Notes under the pieces: model-generated
Databases searched by the model: none
What the model was told of the DNA's origin: nothing
The model's input: the letters and a program-made list of their open reading frames with translations, nothing else
Program-made: the position numbers and the translations under genes
Source of the DNA: a virus
Lineage: Duplodnaviria > Caudoviricetes
Direction: 5' to 3' (one strand)
DNA: 27,952 nucleotides
Virus record (IMG/VR): IMGVR_UViG_3300005573_000243
Coordinates: 1-27,952 of that record
In this document: in pieces, positions 26,316 through 27,952 of the stretch
Numbering within the stretch: the first letter of the stretch is position 1
Layout of the letters: each line of letters begins with the position of its first letter

Positions 26316-26636
26316 ATGAACAACATTCATAAAAAATTACTATTATCACATTTTTGCCTGAAAGATTGCACTCTTTCCTGGAGTGCAAAAGGATTATATT
26401 CATACATTCTTGACCTTCCAAAAGATAAAGTCACACTCAAAGAATTAGAAGAATATACATCTACCGATATACTTGAAGATAGACAACTTGCTAATATTCT
26501 TGAAGAATTAGTTAAACAAGGATACCTTAAACAGCGCAACAAGAATGGAAAAGTTGAATATAGAATAAATGAAATGCCACCTTTGCTTAAAGAAGCCTGC
26601 CAGTTAGTTGGAAAATGGCAATGTGAAAAAAGGTAA
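26316..26636 (+). CDS. Winged-helix protein resembling the N-terminal domain of phage replication initiators
   Basis: LSWSAKGLYSYILDLP...LEELVKQGYL. Confidence 0.7.
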   Translation: MNNIHKKLLLSHFCLKDCTLSWSAKGLYSYILDLPKDKVTLKELEEYTSTDILEDRQLANILEELVKQGYLKQRNKNGKVEYRINEMPPLLKEACQLVGKWQCEKR

Positions 26637-26638
26637 AA

Positions 26639-27499
26639 ATGCGATCTCCTATTATCTGGTTCGGTGGTAAAGGAAATATGGTTAAAAAACTACTAAAATT
26701 AATACCTTCACACAAAATCTATGTAGAGGTATTTGGGGGAGGAGGAAGCTTGCTTTTTGCCAAAAAACCATCTCCAATTGAAATATATAATGATTTAGAT
26801 AGCGGATTAGTTAATTTTTTCCGTGTTCTGCGTGATCAAGAAAAATTTAAGGAATTCCATCGATTAGTATCTCTTACCCCTTATAGCAGGGAAGAGTATT
26901 ATTTTTACCGTGAAACCTGGAAGGAATGTGAAAATGATATAGAGCGCGCTTATCGGTGGTTTATAGTAGCAAGAATGAGTTTTAGTGGAAGATTTGGGGG
27001 TGGTTGGAATTTTATAATTACCAGAAGCAATCGTAATATGGCGGGTACCTGCTCCCAATATCTAAGTATAATTGAAGAATTACCAGAAATTCATCAACGG
27101 ATAATGCGAGTGCAAATTGAGCATAAAGATTTCCGGGAATTAATTCCTATTTATGATACATCAGAAACACTATTCTATTGTGACCCACCTTATATATCAG
27201 AAACACGCAATAATGAAAAATATTACAAATGCGAAATGAGTATAGAAGATCATAAATATCTTGTTGATTTACTCTTGCAAATTAAAGGTAAAGCACTTCT
27301 TTCTGGGTATCAACATCCTATTTATAAACCGCTTGAAGATGCCGGATGGATAAGAAAAGATTATAAAACAGCCTGTCACGCAGCAGGTAGAACACGATAT
27401 ACTAAAATTTTAGGCAAAGGTTCAGGTATGGAAATGCAACCACGCATAGAAAGCGTCTGGATTTCACCCAACGCTTGTATTCAACCTACTTTGCTATAA
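26639..27499 (+). CDS. Dam-family (D12 class) N6-adenine DNA methyltransferase
   Basis: WFGGKG, YVEVFGGGGS, IYNDLD, FYCDPPY, LSGY. Target sequence cannot be inferred. Confidence 0.93.
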   Translation: MRSPIIWFGGKGNMVKKLLKLIPSHKIYVEVFGGGGSLLFAKKPSPIEIYNDLDSGLVNFFRVLRDQEKFKEFHRLVSLTPYSREEYYFYRETWKECENDIERAYRWFIVARMSFSGRFGGGWNFIITRSNRNMAGTCSQYLSIIEELPEIHQRIMRVQIEHKDFRELIPIYDTSETLFYCDPPYISETRNNEKYYKCEMSIEDHKYLVDLLLQIKGKALLSGYQHPIYKPLEDAGWIRKDYKTACHAAGRTRYTKILGKGSGMEMQPRIESVWISPNACIQPTLL

Positions 27500-27520
27500 A
27501 TACAAAATGAATTTTTCCCC

Positions 27521-27548
27521 TTGACTATTAGGAAAAGATTGGTAAAGT
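27521..27548 (+). promoter_or_regulatory. Sigma70-type promoter, copy 2
   Basis: TTGACT, 16 nt, TAAAGT with TGn extension. Confidence 0.7.
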
Positions 27549-27557
27549 TGAAGAAAA

Positions 27558-27661
27558 ACGGAGGCGCAATTATGAGGAAATATCAAAAAATTAAAATAAT
27601 AAAAAGCCCTTACGGTTCCCACCTAATAACTGCGCCTCCGTGTCCGTAAGGGCTTTTATTT
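27558..27661 (+). promoter_or_regulatory. Structured leader RNA, copy 2
   Basis: Perfect 14-bp stem 27602-27615/27644-27657; loop segment 27626-27641 is complementary to 27558-27573 (15 of 16). Confidence 0.78.
27572..27649 (+). CDS. Putative 25-aa leader peptide MRKYQKIKIIKSPYGSHLITAPPCP
   Basis: GGAGG, 7 nt, ATG; stop lies within the 3' arm of the hairpin. Confidence 0.45.
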   Translation: MRKYQKIKIIKSPYGSHLITAPPCP

Positions 27662-27684
27662 AAAACAAAGAAGGAGAATGAGCT

Positions 27685-27952
27685 ATGAAATTCTTTAATC
27701 CTTACAAAAACTTTGTAGGTAGTTTCATCCCTAATTGCTTATTACAATACCGAGAATTATCTTCGAGTGCTAAACTTTTATGGGCAAGATTAGCGCAATA
27801 CGCAGGAGAAAATGGCTATTGCTATCCTTCCCAGCAAACATTAGCCGATGAATTAGGATTATCCAAACAGCAAATTTTAAATCTTCTTCAAGAATTAGAA
27901 AAAAAACAGTTCATATACCGAGAAGTCCCCAAAGGAAAGGATAGGTTATTTC
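27685..27952 (+). CDS. Replication-initiator-like winged-helix protein (partial; runs off window)
   Basis: MKFFNPY...LSSSAKLLWARLAQYAGENGYCYPSQQTLADELGLS...LQELEKKQFI; AAGGAG SD. Confidence 0.8.
   Translation, partial: MKFFNPYKNFVGSFIPNCLLQYRELSSSAKLLWARLAQYAGENGYCYPSQQTLADELGLSKQQILNLLQELEKKQFIYREVPKGKDRLF

Noticed and set aside
24661-27630. Shared GSH(Y)LI peptide motif in the two leader peptides
   Set aside because: The motif is encoded by non-equivalent parts of the RNA element in the two copies, so it is probably coincidental.
1-27952. tRNA, rRNA, integrase, att site or stop-codon recoding
   Set aside because: None recognised by eye; genes tile densely under the standard code with all three stop codons in use.

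Overview
This window is a segment of an AT-rich tailed dsDNA phage or prophage, with a podovirus-like gene set. A roughly 24.3-kb late/virion region lies on the minus strand. In transcription order it holds portal, a cluster of tiny Arg/Lys-rich ORFs, a Pro-rich protein, a fibre/decoration cassette, scaffold, major capsid protein, tail adaptor and nozzle, internal/ejection proteins, putative TerS, TerL, an HTH protein, an apparently inactive UvrD-like helicase, two beta-rich proteins, a LamG-domain protein and a lipoprotein. Beyond a divergent control region at about 24.3-24.7 kb, the plus strand encodes a ParB/MT-A70 fusion, a PD-(D/E)XK-like protein, a wHTH protein, a Dam-family methyltransferase and the start of a replication-initiator-like protein. 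Four signals are not explained by the ORF track: (1) two covarying copies of a promoter/leader-ORF/large-loop hairpin element whose loop pairs with the leader RBS; (2) two protamine-like micropeptide genes (14 and 17 aa) enclosed by a long RNA stem; (3) a candidate ~70-nt sRNA carrying anti-SD motifs; (4) a UvrD-like pseudo-enzyme. All product calls come from motifs and synteny read by eye; no database searches were run.
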